Shown in pieces: positions 9,869 through 23,499 of a DNA stretch of 64,000 nt. The position numbers and the translations under genes were made by a program. Below the pieces are notes generated by a model, which made no database searches, was not told the origin of the DNA, and saw only the letters and a list, made by a program, of their open reading frames with translations. This DNA comes from an uncultured Phycisphaerales bacterium (GTDB taxonomy: Bacteria > Planctomycetota > Phycisphaerae > Tepidisphaerales > Tepidisphaeraceae), in NCBI GenBank assembly GCA_963758525.1, contig CAVWVQ010000003.1:96001-160000 (forward strand), written 5' to 3'. Every line of letters starts with the position of its first letter. Within the stretch, counting starts at the first letter, position 1.

Positions 9869-10154
9869 GGTGATTGGTGATTGGAACGTGACGAGGGCGG
9901 AAACGTGAAGACGTGAAACGTGACAAAGCCTCGCCTTCGGTTCCCGATCATGTCTTCGCGCGCCCGCCGTCACATTCCGATTGGTGATTGGTGATTGGAA
10001 CGTGACGAAAGCGGGAACCTGAAGACGTGATCGGGAACTGACACCGAGGCTTTGTCACGTTTCACGTCTTCACGTTTCACGTCTTCACGTCTTCAGACTT
10101 CACGTTTCACGTCTTCACGTTCCGGCCTTCGTCACGTTCCAATCACCAATCACC
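9869..10154. repeat. Composite palindromic repeat: two inverted MITE-like units built from GGTGATT and ACGTGAAG repeats
   Basis: Outer arms GGTGATTGGTGATTGGAACGTGACGA...ACAAAGCCTCG / CGAGGCTTTGT...TCGTCACGTTCCAATCACCAATCACC; inner arms TTCCCGATCATGTCTTC / GAAGACGTGATCGGGAA. Confidence 0.85.
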
Positions 10155-10190
10155 CGCCCCACCAATCGCCCGCGCCATCCGCGCGACCGT

Positions 10191-10784
10191 TCACGCCAGC
10201 GCCTTGAGCAGAACCCGCGCGACGCGGGTGAGCCCGCTCTTGGCGTTGGCGATGAACTGCTGGAAGATCTTGTTGGTGACGGCCATGAACTCTTCCATAT
10301 GCTCAAGCCGCTGGCGGGTGAGTTGCACGGCTTCCGACTTTGCTTCCGTTTTGCCCAGTGCTGACTCATCGAGCATCCGCTGACACTGCTTGATCGTCTC
10401 CAGGACCGGATCCATCTCGCGTCGCTTCCGCTCGGCAGCGATGATCGAAAACATTTCCCACACGTCAGTGAGACTCTCGAAATATTCGCGGCGCTCGCCA
10501 CGCTTGTGCAGGCGGTGAATGATGCCCCAGTCGCACAGCGCCCGCAGGCTCATGCTGGCGTTGCCGCGGCTGATGTTCAGCCGCTCCATCACGTCGTCGG
10601 TGCATTGCGGCTGGCCCGTGATGTAGAGGAAGGCGTGAATCTCCCCCATCGTGCGATTGATTCCCCACGTCTGCCCCATTTCTCCCCACCGGCGGATAAA
10701 CAGGTCCTGCGAGATTCGCAGTTGCTGCTGAGCGGCCGGGAGAACCGTGGCTGCTGGACGCGGAACGTCGAGAACGGTGGACAT
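10191..10784 (-). CDS. GbsR/MarR family transcriptional regulator
   Basis: FIRRWGEMGQTWGINRTMGEIHAFLY...LNISRGNASMSLRALCDWG...GERREYF; GGAG RBS. Confidence 0.9.
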   Translation of the reverse strand: MSTVLDVPRPAATVLPAAQQQLRISQDLFIRRWGEMGQTWGINRTMGEIHAFLYITGQPQCTDDVMERLNISRGNASMSLRALCDWGIIHRLHKRGERREYFESLTDVWEMFSIIAAERKRREMDPVLETIKQCQRMLDESALGKTEAKSEAVQLTRQRLEHMEEFMAVTNKIFQQFIANAKSGLTRVARVLLKALA

Positions 10785-11002
10785 GTCAGCTCCTTGTGGT
10801 TTCAAAACTTATTGAAACTCTAGCGGAAACCTGGAGGCATGTGAAATATTTCACAGAATTTGAAAGTCGTGGCCTGAATTGCCCGAACTGGCGGTTTGAA
10901 GCAAAAAAACCCTGAAGATCATCCGTTGACGACCGGCAAATTCAGGGAATAGGTTGATTGCAGAATCGTGGCGAAGCAACGCGTCTGACGCGGTATCAGT
11001 TC

Positions 11003-12259
11003 ATGGATCCAATGATCAAGGAGAGATCGACCGGTGCTTCACTCGCTCCCCCAGAGCGGGAGCGGGCCAGTCCGCCTGCTGCTTCGGCCCAGGAACCAGG
11101 TAAGGCAGCGACATCAAAGCCCGGCCGGCGCAAGCGGCGACCCTGGTGGCGAATCGCGGCCATCACAGTGCTCGTCCTGGGATTGTTGATCGCCTGCGTC
11201 CGTCCGATGCTTCCGTGGTGCGTGCGGTGGTATGTCAATCGAACCTTGGATCGAAATCTGTTGTATGAGGGCCGAATCGGCGATGTAACGCTGCATCTGT
11301 GGCGCGGGGCATATTCAATCTCGGACGTCCGTCTGATCAAGAGAACCGGCGATGTGCCGACGCCCTTTTTCCAGGCCAAGCAGATCGAGCTCGCGATTCA
11401 ATGGAACGGCGTGCTGCGTCGCAAAGTCGTCGGCCAACTGGTGATGGACCAGCCGGAACTGAACTTCGTTGACTCATCCGACGATTCCGAATCTCAGACC
11501 GGCGCCGGTGGCCCGTGGCTGCGGACGCTGGCGGATCTGTTTCCATTCAAGCTGAACAGCGTGCAGATTCGCAACGGGTCGGTTCATTTTCGAAGCTACA
11601 AAAGGGAGAAGCCAGTCGATGTGTACCTGAGCGACTTGGACGCCTCGGTCGACGACCTGACCAATATTGAGGACAAGACGACGCCGTTGCTGACGACCGT
11701 CAAGGCAACCGCCAAAGCGATGGATCAGGCAAAATTCGAGCTGCACATGACACTCGATCCATTCTCCTACCGCCCTACGTTTAAGCTGGCAGTCCGCCTG
11801 ATCGGGCTCGACGTTACCAAGATCAACGATCTGGCACGCACCTACGGGCAATTCGATTTCAAACGCGGCTGGTTTGATCTGGTGATTCAAGCAGATGCCA
11901 GCGAAGGACAAATCAACGGCTACGTGAAACCGCTCTTTCGCGATCTGAAAGTATTCGATCTGGTCAACGATCTGAAGACCGACAATAATCCACTGCAATT
12001 TTTCTGGCAGGCGCTGCTGGGGGTTGCCACGCGATTGCTGAGCAACCAGTCGCGCGATCAATTCGGAACCTTCATTCCCTTCACCGGTGACCTGACGCAG
12101 CCGGACACCGATATCCTGTCGGCCGTGGGAAACGTGCTGCGCAATGCCTTTGTGCGCGCATATCTCCCCCGCTTCGAAAATGGCTCGGATCGTCCGGACG
12201 GAATGCAATTCGGGGCCCCATCGATTACGGACCCGATTTCGATTGGAGACAACCCATGA
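11003..12259 (+). CDS. DUF748 (AsmA-like) domain protein with N-terminal membrane anchor
   Basis: Basic stretch plus TM helix, Y.G.I.DV.L.LWRGAY, GYVKPLF, LRNAFVRA; start approximate. Confidence 0.75.
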   Translation: MDPMIKERSTGASLAPPERERASPPAASAQEPGKAATSKPGRRKRRPWWRIAAITVLVLGLLIACVRPMLPWCVRWYVNRTLDRNLLYEGRIGDVTLHLWRGAYSISDVRLIKRTGDVPTPFFQAKQIELAIQWNGVLRRKVVGQLVMDQPELNFVDSSDDSESQTGAGGPWLRTLADLFPFKLNSVQIRNGSVHFRSYKREKPVDVYLSDLDASVDDLTNIEDKTTPLLTTVKATAKAMDQAKFELHMTLDPFSYRPTFKLAVRLIGLDVTKINDLARTYGQFDFKRGWFDLVIQADASEGQINGYVKPLFRDLKVFDLVNDLKTDNNPLQFFWQALLGVATRLLSNQSRDQFGTFIPFTGDLTQPDTDILSAVGNVLRNAFVRAYLPRFENGSDRPDGMQFGAPSITDPISIGDNP

Positions 12260-12864
12260 AACTGATGATCCTGATTCCGCTCATTCTGCTCTGCGGCTGC
12301 GGCGGAACTCAAAAGCAGAACAAGGACTTCTACACCTCCGGCAACCGTGCAGCGGATGAACGGGCCGATCAGCGGATGGCGCAGTCCGAGCAATTGACAG
12401 GAGAAGGGGAAGGCGCGGGAGACAAGCCGGCGCGAACTGATACGAAGCGATCGCTGTACGACCGTCTGGGAGGCGATCAGGGCCTTGCGGCAATTTCCGA
12501 TGATTTTGTGAACCGCGCGATGGCCGACCCCCGGGTGAATTGGCAGCGAAAAGGGGTGATTCAGGGCGGATTCAGCATCCATCACGACCGATCTATGGAA
12601 TGGGATCCCAACGCCGATCAGATCAAAGCGCTTAAGGCCCATCTGACGCAGTTTCTGGCTCTCTCCACTGGCGGCCCGACGAAGTATGACGGGAAGGAGA
12701 TGAAGTCGGCACATGCCGGGCTGCATATCACCAATGACGAGTTCGACGCCAGCGTCGGCGATCTCAAGGCGACCCTCGACAAGATGAAAGTCGCGAATAC
12801 GGAACAGAAAGAACTGCTGGCGGTCATCGAAACCACGCGGGCCGAAATTGTGGAAGAGCGGTGA
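12256..12864 (+). CDS. Group I truncated hemoglobin with lipoprotein signal
   Basis: Lipobox-like LLCGC; SLYDRLGG, GGPTKYDGKEMKSAH (proximal His), IT..EF; ATGA overlap with the DUF748 gene. Confidence 0.9.
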   Translation: MKLMILIPLILLCGCGGTQKQNKDFYTSGNRAADERADQRMAQSEQLTGEGEGAGDKPARTDTKRSLYDRLGGDQGLAAISDDFVNRAMADPRVNWQRKGVIQGGFSIHHDRSMEWDPNADQIKALKAHLTQFLALSTGGPTKYDGKEMKSAHAGLHITNDEFDASVGDLKATLDKMKVANTEQKELLAVIETTRAEIVEER

Positions 12865-13251
12865 ACCCGACGAGGATTCATGGTGGGTGCTTGCAGCGGC
12901 CGCGCATCCGTCACATTTCGCCCGATTTGTCAAAAAATGTCGGTGAAGCTGACACGAAAGCCGCGGAATAGGGATCGCACCGATTTGAGCGACCCGGGCA
13001 TTTTGCTATTGTTCCCCCTCGTCGGGCGCCGCCCAGAGGAATTCACATGCCCCCCTACCAGTACCCGGACATGCCCCCCTATCGTCGCCGCCGATTCCGG
13101 ATGCCGTGGTTCGTAGTGGCGTGCACGGCCGCCGCTAGCTGGGTCGCGATTCTGTTCCTGCATTATCGGGCATAGCCGTGGCGCATCCCCTATTTCTGAT
13201 CCGCGCCACCACCTGTTTAATCTCCGCGCAATTTTTCTGGCAGGAAATATC

Positions 13252-13422
13252 AAGAGCCGCGGAGACGCGAAGCAGCGAAGACAGAAGCGAAGGGAAAAAG
13301 GCTCAGAATATAGTGAAACAGCAACCAGCCTAACCTTGTGCGTCCCCCCAAACTTCTGCGCTACATATTTTGCTCCCCCCGCTTCGCTTCTGTCTTCGCG
13401 CCTTTGCGCCTTCGCGGCTCTT
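13252..13422. repeat. Inverted pair of degenerate 8-nt repeats (CGCGAAGG-like)
   Basis: AAGAGCCGCGGAGACGCGAAGCAGCGAAGACAGAAGCGAAG pairs with CTTCGCTTCTGTCTTCGCGCCTTTGCGCCTTCGCGGCTCTT. Confidence 0.8.
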
Positions 13423-13704
13423 TCGTGTGGTTGTTCGCAACCCGTTATCAGATAACTGTTTGGATCCTGCTGTAGTTCCGCTTCTCCTCTCTTGGCGTCC
13501 GCGAAGACGCAAAGCGACGGCTTGGCCCAGCCGGCTGCGACGAACAGCTTGTTCTGCATCGCATTCCGAGGGGCATCGATTGGTCGCTCGGAACGGTCGA
13601 TGAGCAACATATCGGACATATCCTTGTGAACCCGGGCAATAAAGCCGAAGAGCCGACGTTGATATGATCGGAGCTGTTCACCCCAATTGACTCACGGTTG
13701 CTGC

Positions 13705-16137
<2,433 letters not shown>

Positions 16138-16147
16138 GAGGTTTCCC

Positions 16148-17515
16148 ATGCAATTGCCGCAAATTCCCGCATTTTCCCGCCGTCAGATGCTGCTGAGCGG
16201 CGCCTGTGGGTTCGGATATCTCGCATTGGCCGGGCTGTGCGCCAAGGCTGCGGAAGCCGATGGCGGTTCCTTCGTGAATCCTGTCGCGCCCAAGCCGCCG
16301 CAATTTCCTGCCAAGGCAAAGCGCGTCATCTTCCTGTTTATGCAAGGCGCACCTTCGCACGTTGATACGTTTGACTACAAGCCGAAGCTCACCGCCGATA
16401 CCGGCAAGCCCGGTTTGAAGGGGACGCTGCTCGGATCGCAGTGGAAATTTAACCGTTCCGGCAAGAGCGGCCTGTATATCTCCGAGCTGTTCCCGGACAT
16501 CGCGCGTCATGCCGACGACATGTGCATTCTCAACGGCATGTACACCGACAACCCCGCCCACCCCCAGGCGACGATCCAACTGCACACCGGCACCGCCCGT
16601 TTCGTGCGCCCATCCATGGGCGCATGGGTTCTCTACGGACTTGGCACCGTCAATCAAAACTTGCCGGGCTTCATCACAATCAACCCCCCGCCGGGCGTCG
16701 GCGGGGCGCAGAACTACGGCAGCGGGTTTCTGCCGGCCGCGTTCGAAGGAACCCGCGTCTCCGGCGACGGCTCGCTCATTCCCAACGTCACCAGCAGGGT
16801 TCCCGCTTCCATGCAGCGCAAGCAGCTCGACCTCATCCAGGCAATGAATCACGACATGCTCAAGCGCTCCGGCGATAACGCTCAAATCGAAGGCGTCATC
16901 GCCTCCTACGAGCTCGGCTTCCGCATGCAGACAACCGTGCCGACGGTGATGGACACCAACAAGGAATCGCAGACAACGCTCGACATGTACGGCATCGGCG
17001 AAGGCAAGCCGACCAACACCTTCGGCCGCCAGTGTCTGCTGGCCCGTCGCTTTGCCGAATCCGGCGTCCGCTTCATCGAAGTCGCCCACACCGGCTGGGA
17101 TCAGCACAACCAGCTTCGCGAGAAGCATGCGGCCAACGCGCTGGCCGTCGATCAGCCGATCGCTGCGCTGCTGACCGATTTGAAGCAGCGGCGCATGCTG
17201 GATGACACGCTGGTCATTTGGGGCGGAGAATTTGGACGCACGCCATACGCCCAGAACGGCGACGGCCGCGATCACAACAACAAAGGCTACAGCATGTGGA
17301 TGGCCGGCGGCGGCGTGAGGGGCGGCATGAACTACGGCGCCACCGACGACTACGGCTATCGAGCCGTCACCAATCCGACGCACATTCACGATCTGCACGC
17401 CACGATTCTCGCCCTCATGGGTCTCGATCACGAGAAGCTGACATACCGCTACGCCGGCAGAGACTTCCGGCTGACGGACGTCGCGGGGATTGTGCAGAAG
17501 CCGATTATTGCTTGA
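16148..17515 (+). CDS. DUF1501 family protein (Tat-exported)
   Basis: SRRQML twin-arginine signal, AKRVIFLFMQGAPSHVDTFDYKP, GWDQH, WGGEFGRTP, GRDH, GRDFRLTDV. Confidence 0.95.
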   Translation: MQLPQIPAFSRRQMLLSGACGFGYLALAGLCAKAAEADGGSFVNPVAPKPPQFPAKAKRVIFLFMQGAPSHVDTFDYKPKLTADTGKPGLKGTLLGSQWKFNRSGKSGLYISELFPDIARHADDMCILNGMYTDNPAHPQATIQLHTGTARFVRPSMGAWVLYGLGTVNQNLPGFITINPPPGVGGAQNYGSGFLPAAFEGTRVSGDGSLIPNVTSRVPASMQRKQLDLIQAMNHDMLKRSGDNAQIEGVIASYELGFRMQTTVPTVMDTNKESQTTLDMYGIGEGKPTNTFGRQCLLARRFAESGVRFIEVAHTGWDQHNQLREKHAANALAVDQPIAALLTDLKQRRMLDDTLVIWGGEFGRTPYAQNGDGRDHNNKGYSMWMAGGGVRGGMNYGATDDYGYRAVTNPTHIHDLHATILALMGLDHEKLTYRYAGRDFRLTDVAGIVQKPIIA

Positions 17516-17543
17516 GTCCTAACGCCGATTGCCGTGGCCACGC

Positions 17544-17549
17544 TATAAT
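17544..17549 (+). promoter_or_regulatory. -10 element of a probable leaderless promoter
   Basis: Consensus TATAAT 6 nt upstream of ATG 17556; no SD sequence. Confidence 0.6.
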
Positions 17550-17555
17550 TCGTTC

Positions 17556-17762
17556 ATGACTGTTCTACGGGCCCATTTCGACGGGAAGGTTTTCGTGCCG
17601 GACGAGCCGCTGAACCTGCGACCGGGAAATGTCACATTGCAGGTGATCGACTTTGACATGGATACCCAACCGCTGACGGATTTACCGATCCTTCGCGTGC
17701 CAGCCGGGGCCAGAACGATTACATCTGAAGACGTGCGGCGTGCGATGGAAGAGGAAGACTGA
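17556..17762 (+). CDS. Antitoxin, AF2212/DUF104-like
   Basis: MTVLRAHFDGKVFVPDEPLNL N-terminus; stop overlaps the start of the PIN gene. Confidence 0.75.
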   Translation: MTVLRAHFDGKVFVPDEPLNLRPGNVTLQVIDFDMDTQPLTDLPILRVPAGARTITSEDVRRAMEEED

Positions 17763-17947
17763 TGCCGGTGCACCTGCTCGACGCCAACGTCTTGATCGCC
17801 CTCGGCTGGCCCAATCACAAGCATCGCGCATCCGCACACCGGTGGTTTTCATCGATCGACGCCCGCGGTTGGGCCACGTGCCCGTTCGACAGCGCCATCA
17901 GCGCGATCATCGCCGATCCCAAGCTCGTGACGAACATCCGGGCCTAA
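17762..17947 (+). pseudogene. Internally deleted VapC (PIN) toxin
   Basis: LLDANVLIAL..P.H.H...AHRWF...WATCP joined directly to the C-terminal FD motif; 61 aa against about 140 expected. Confidence 0.75.
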
Positions 17948-18054
17948 GCGACGACCATCGTTCACCGCGACCGCAGCTCCGGACCCTACCCTGACTGCCG
18001 TCCAAGCCGGTCCGACCGCACCGACCCCGGCGACCCGGATGCGCAGTGTATTCT

Positions 18055-19065
18055 TCACTGCGACGGCCATTCCCATTTTTTCAGGTCGTCGCTCCAGGCG
18101 ATGCCGATGCTGGCGAAACTGTCGAAACCCCCGCGCGGGTCCGACTCCTTGAAGTCGGAGCCGTGGAAGAACATGAGATATTTTCCGACGCCCCTGATCT
18201 TTCGGCCGTCGAGGACGAAGCCGGCGGTGAGACGGCCCGCGGTCCAGGGCCATTGCTTCTGTCCCAGGGTGATGATGCCGCAATCTCGCCAGGTCTTCAG
18301 GTCGGCCGATCGCTTGATACCGATCCCATTGTTGGGGGAATAGAAGAGCACGTATTCATCACCATCGACGATCACGCACGGGTTTTCGCCGGCGCGCACG
18401 GAGCCAGCGAAGTTCCAGGTCTTCAGGTCGTTCGACCAGGAATAGCTGATGCCGTTCTGTTTGAAGAAGCACCACCACTTCGTGGGATCGTCCTTATCCT
18501 GCAGCAAAAACGGGTCGATCATGCGCCCCATCTTCTCGACCGGGACGTGCGGTCCCTTCACGGCCAGCAGCTCGGCTGGTCCCCAATTTTCCAGGTCGCT
18601 GCTGCGCATGATCCAGAGGCGCGACAATTCGTTCCCGAACCTCTCGCCGTTGGGACGGGGATACGTTTGCAGGCAGATCACCCACTGATCACCAAAACGG
18701 ACGACATCGCCGGGACTGGAATAGTTCAGCGACCGGTCGCGCGGAGTGAAAATCTTCGGCGGCGTCCAATTTACGAGATCGCGGCTTTTGGTCCAGGCGG
18801 TGCGCTGGAACACCTTGCCATCGGGCTCAATCTTGTTCAGCGAAATGTACAGGTAGAACCATCCATCATGGTAGATCACTGCCGGATCGCGGTAGGCGGT
18901 GGTCGCATCGCCGCGGAAGAGGATCGGAGAACGCAGGGCAGCAAGGTCGGGCGTTGCGGTTGACTCTGTTGCGTCGGGTGCGGCCGGCGACGCGGCAAGG
19001 GCCAACGGCGAGCCAACAATGCACAACACTACACCGATGACAATGGCTTGAATAACCCGCGTCAT
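18055..19065 (-). CDS. Secreted five-bladed beta-propeller glycoside hydrolase (GH32/GH43-like)
   Basis: Signal peptide, YRDPAV, MIDPF, GENPCV, repeated S.DL..W Asp-box-like motifs; TAGAAT-N7-ATG. Confidence 0.75.
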   Translation of the reverse strand: MTRVIQAIVIGVVLCIVGSPLALAASPAAPDATESTATPDLAALRSPILFRGDATTAYRDPAVIYHDGWFYLYISLNKIEPDGKVFQRTAWTKSRDLVNWTPPKIFTPRDRSLNYSSPGDVVRFGDQWVICLQTYPRPNGERFGNELSRLWIMRSSDLENWGPAELLAVKGPHVPVEKMGRMIDPFLLQDKDDPTKWWCFFKQNGISYSWSNDLKTWNFAGSVRAGENPCVIVDGDEYVLFYSPNNGIGIKRSADLKTWRDCGIITLGQKQWPWTAGRLTAGFVLDGRKIRGVGKYLMFFHGSDFKESDPRGGFDSFASIGIAWSDDLKKWEWPSQ

Positions 19066-19100
19066 GTGAGACATTCTAATCACTGTTCAGGTCGGTTACA

Positions 19101-22100
19101 GTGCCCCAACACTTGGAACCCTCGATAGCTGAAACCGCCCCGCCGCCTGATCCGGGCGAAACCATCGCATCGGTGGATTCGCCGCCCACGGCGCCAAGTC
19201 TTCTGCTGCCTTCGCGGAGCTATATCGTCGGCCGGGAGATCGCCCATGGCGGGATGGGGTCGGTTCTTCACGCTCAGGACTGCAAGCTCGGACGCGACGT
19301 GGCGATGAAGGTGATGCGGCTTTCGTCTGCCGCCTCGGAAGAGGCGCGATCGCGGTTTATCCGCGAGGCGACCGTGCTGGCGCGGCTGGAGCATCCCAAC
19401 ATTGTCCCGATCCACGAGCTGGGATGGGACGCGGAAAACCGGCTTTATTACACGATGAAGCTGGTGCAGGGCCGCACACTCCAGGCCGTCCTCAATGGGC
19501 TGCGAAATCGCGATGCGGATTTCATCAGCTACTACACACTCGATCGCCTGCTGACGATCTTCCGCAAGATCTGTGATGCCATGTCGATGGCTCATGCCAG
19601 AGGCGTCATCCATCGCGATCTCAAGCCCGACAACATCATGGTGGGTGAGTTTGGCGAAGTGCTGGTGATGGATTGGGGATTGGCAAAGATCCAGGCAGAC
19701 GCCCGGCAAGTCGCCGAAGAAGCGGCGCTCAAGGCGGACGCGGGATCAGCCGAGCGATTCCGGGAATTGGCTGATTCAGAACTGAGCAAATCCGCCGGTC
19801 TGACCCTCGACGGCGCGGTGATGGGCACCCCGCTCTATATGTCGCCCGAGCAGGCCAGCGGGCACCTCGCGGAGATCGACCAGCAGTCGGATATTTTCTC
19901 ACTCGGCGGAATTCTCTATGCGCTGCTGACGCTGCATGCGCCGGTGGATGGGAAGACGGCTGATGAAATCATGAGCCGGATCAAGGGCGGTCAGATTCTT
20001 CCGCCGACGGTTTACAACGTCACGACCAAGTCGGGCACAAGCGGTAGAGAAAAGGACGCAAAGGCGGCTGATCCAAAGAAGTTCCAGCCTCTGCCTCATT
20101 GTCCGCATGGGAAAGTGCCCTCGGCCCTTTCAGCGGTGACCATGCGGGCGCTGTCGGTGGACAAGTCCAGGCGCTACAAGGCGGTCGCCGAACTGGCGGC
20201 TGACGTCGAATCGTACCAGGGCGGATTCGCCACCAGCGCCGAGCGCGCCGGGTTGCTCACGCAACTGCGCCTGCTGATTCAGAGGCACAAGCGCGAGTTT
20301 GGCGTTGCTTTCGCCGCATGGCTGGTTATCACCGCACTGGCGGTCTGGTTTGTGATCAATCTTCGCGCCAGTGAGCGCGAGACGCGCCGCCAGGCCGACA
20401 TCGCCCGGCAGAACGAGTTGCAGGCGGTTGCAGAAACGGCCCGTGCGACGGGTGCCGAAAAGCAAGCCAGGGATGAGGCCACCCGCGCCACGGCGGCCGA
20501 GCACAGCGCAAAAATATCCGAAGCTGTTGCCGTGCAGGAGCGGGAATCGGCCCGGCAGTCACTGGCGAAGTCAGCGCTATCGCTCGCCGAGGCAGCGCGG
20601 CGGGATGGAAATGGCCCGGAGATGCAAGCCGCACTGGCCGACGTGCCGGAAGATCTGCGGGACTCCACCTGGCGATATCTGCTGTCGCAATCCGACACGT
20701 CGATCGGCGTTGTCCACAGCAGCGGCCCGACGGTCACTATAGAAAACGCCGCCGCCGTCCCGCGACGCCCCAGCGTCTTCGTTATCATTGAAAGTAACAA
20801 TCATGTCTCAATGGTGAACGTGCATACCGCAGAGCGTCTGCTGGAGTTTGAGACTCCCGTCAAGCGTGGAGGCTACGACCGCGACATCGCCGTATCGGCC
20901 GATGGCCGGTTCATCGCCATCACCCGTCACTCGGAGAAAGATTCCCAGATCGTCATTCACAGGCGCAGGATGGGAAGATCTTGCAGCGGTGGATGGCGCC
21001 TCTTTCCACCGGACGACTGGAGCTCAGTCCGGACGGCAAGTACCTGATTCAAGAGGAAAGAGGTCGGAAACATCTGAGCGTTTGGAACGCCTCCGAAGCA
21101 AAACTGGCGTGGGAATACGCGCCGGCTCAAGATCCGAACAGTGTCTTCGCGACATTCATGTCCGATGGCACGCACGTCATCACCCACGGGCACGGCGATG
21201 GGTTTCGCGTGGTCGACATCGACGATGGCACCGTCGTCCGCAGCTTCAACAGTCGATTAGATCCGAAAAGCACGTTAGCTCTTTCAGACAATCTCTTTCT
21301 GGCCAGCGAAGCTGGATATGGTCGCGTCACGCTGTTCGACCCGGGCGGCAAGGTGATTTGCGACTTGCGGGCTGGCACCAACAGCCTGAATTATCTGGGC
21401 TTCGCCCCCGGTGGCGAACAATTGGTGACCGCGGTCGGACTCCTTGATGGCCGCCAGGAAATTTCCGTTTGGCGCACCGCCACCGGTGATCGAATCGGCT
21501 CCCTGTTTGGCGGCAGCGGTGAGCTTCGGCACGCGGCCATTCACCCACTCACCGGCGAGCTGGTGATTGTCGGGCCTGCAACTCGCGTCTGGAGCCTCAC
21601 CGGGAAACCGGCAACCTGGAATTTTGCCTCTGGCAAATGGGGACTCCGCCCGACCTTCTGCGGATCAGATGACCTGCTCTTTGTCAGCCGCGGCTCTGAG
21701 CGCCCTGGATTAATTCAACTCCAGCCCAACAGCTCGGTGCCGCTTTGGACGCCTGATGGGCCTCCCGTCAACAGAACCGAGGTGAGCGGGGACGGAAAGG
21801 TTGCCATCTTATTTAATGACACCTCAGTTAAAGAGGCGCTGAATTTTGAGGTTCTGCACAGCCTGGGTCCCAGCCCGCAAATCGTCCGAACCGGCAAGCT
21901 GACGCGTGGCTATGACTTCATGCGCCTCAGTCGCAACGGCAGTCGCGCGTTGGCGCACGACCGGCGCAGCACCATGATTGACCTGATTAATTCCGAAACT
22001 GGAGACGTGCAGATCAAGTTAAACGGCACGGGCGTGAAGCGCTGGCGAGATGCGGGCTGGGTTGACGGCGAGCAAGAGGTTGTCGGCCTGGTGACAGCAA

Positions 22101-23113
22101 TTGCCGAGCGTGGCGACCCGGTTTCAGAAGAACGGATCGTCCTTTGGGATGCCGCCACCGGCAACGTCATCAAGTTCGTGAAAAACCGCACACCAATGGA
22201 TGTGCTGGCGATCGCGCCCGATGCGAAGCGGTTTGCCGAGGCCGGCACCGACAAAATAGTGCGCATCCGCGATTCCGCGACGCTGGCGGTGCTGCGCGAG
22301 TTCCGCGTCCATGATGGCCCGATTACGGCCATGGCCTGGCACCCGGGCAAACCGATTATCGCCACCGGTTCATCGGACTGCACCATCCGGCTATGGAATG
22401 TGGAGACAGGTCGAATGCTGGAAGAGTTTGGGGGTTCACTGACCGCGCCGCTTAGCCTGACGTTCAGCCCCGGCGGTCAGCGGCTTGCCTGCCTCTCGGA
22501 CCGCACGCGAATCTGGGATCCGCAATCGCTCAGCGACAAACGGGCGACGACCCAGCCGGCCGACGCCTGGGAAGACCTCATGGCAACCCTCACTCCCGAG
22601 ACCGTCGAAGGCATCGGAAATGGCTGGCGCCTCGAGGGAGGCGCACTGTTCTGCCCCGAAAAAAAACCCACCCCCCTTTCTCTGCCGGGCAGCTTTGCCG
22701 GAATCAGTTATCAGGTCCGGGTCCGGCTGATGCAGCTCGAGGCAAAAGATTCCTTCAACCTTCATCTTCCCGTCGGCAGCCGGGCGGTGAATTTCATACT
22801 CGATGGATTCCCAACCGCGGGCTATTACACCGGACTCAGTCACGTGAAAGGCAAGAATGCCGACAATCAGACCGGATCCGTACATGGAAAAATGATCAAG
22901 GACACGGAGCAGCACGAACTGGAAGCGACCGTCCGCCTATTTGGCGCCAATGCCGTCATCAGCATCACACAGGACGGCCAGTATCTCTATGAGTGGTCCG
23001 GCCCCGAATCCGCCCTGACTGACACTTTTCCTGCAACCCCCGGCGCCATAGGCGTCGGAACGCATGCCGGCGGGTGGGTGGTGTATGAGGTCAAGGCAAG
23101 ACGACAACCGTAG
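19101..23113 (+). CDS. Hanks-type Ser/Thr protein kinase with TM helix, coiled coil and WD40 repeats; frameshift near 20970
   Basis: GGMGSV, VAMK, HPNIV, HRDLKPDN, DWGLAK, GTPLYMSPEQ; second frame has WD40 repeats (HDGPITAMAWHP...ATGSSDCTIRLWN). Confidence 0.9.
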
Positions 23114-23499
23114 CGTCAATCTTCGGCGCGTTCCGTCGAAGCAGGCGCCGAAAGGAACTCCAAGAGTGAAGCGATGCCATAACGGGACAGATCGCGACGG
23201 GTGAAGCTCTTCACTTGCAGTTCTGCCCGGTTACTAATTGTCGCGGCCGGCCGCCTTTGCTCCCTCTGCCGGTACGCCGGGAGACGGAACGTGAAGGGGG
23301 TCACCGCGACCCCCTTCCCATTTCGACCCCCTCCGCATTTCCGAGCCGTCGGCAGGCAGTGCGACGATGCCTCCCTTCTCGGGGCAGACGATGAACAGAA
23401 AGCGCATAGCGAGCCTCCGCCTGTTTCCGCAAAGGCACGAATGGAATGAAAGCGAATGAATGTGTGCTATCCTCAACGGAGTCGATGTGGAGGAGTTTT

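Noticed and set aside
12930..13619. 229-aa minus-strand ORF
   Set aside because: Crosses a repeat hairpin, with no protein-like motifs or RBS
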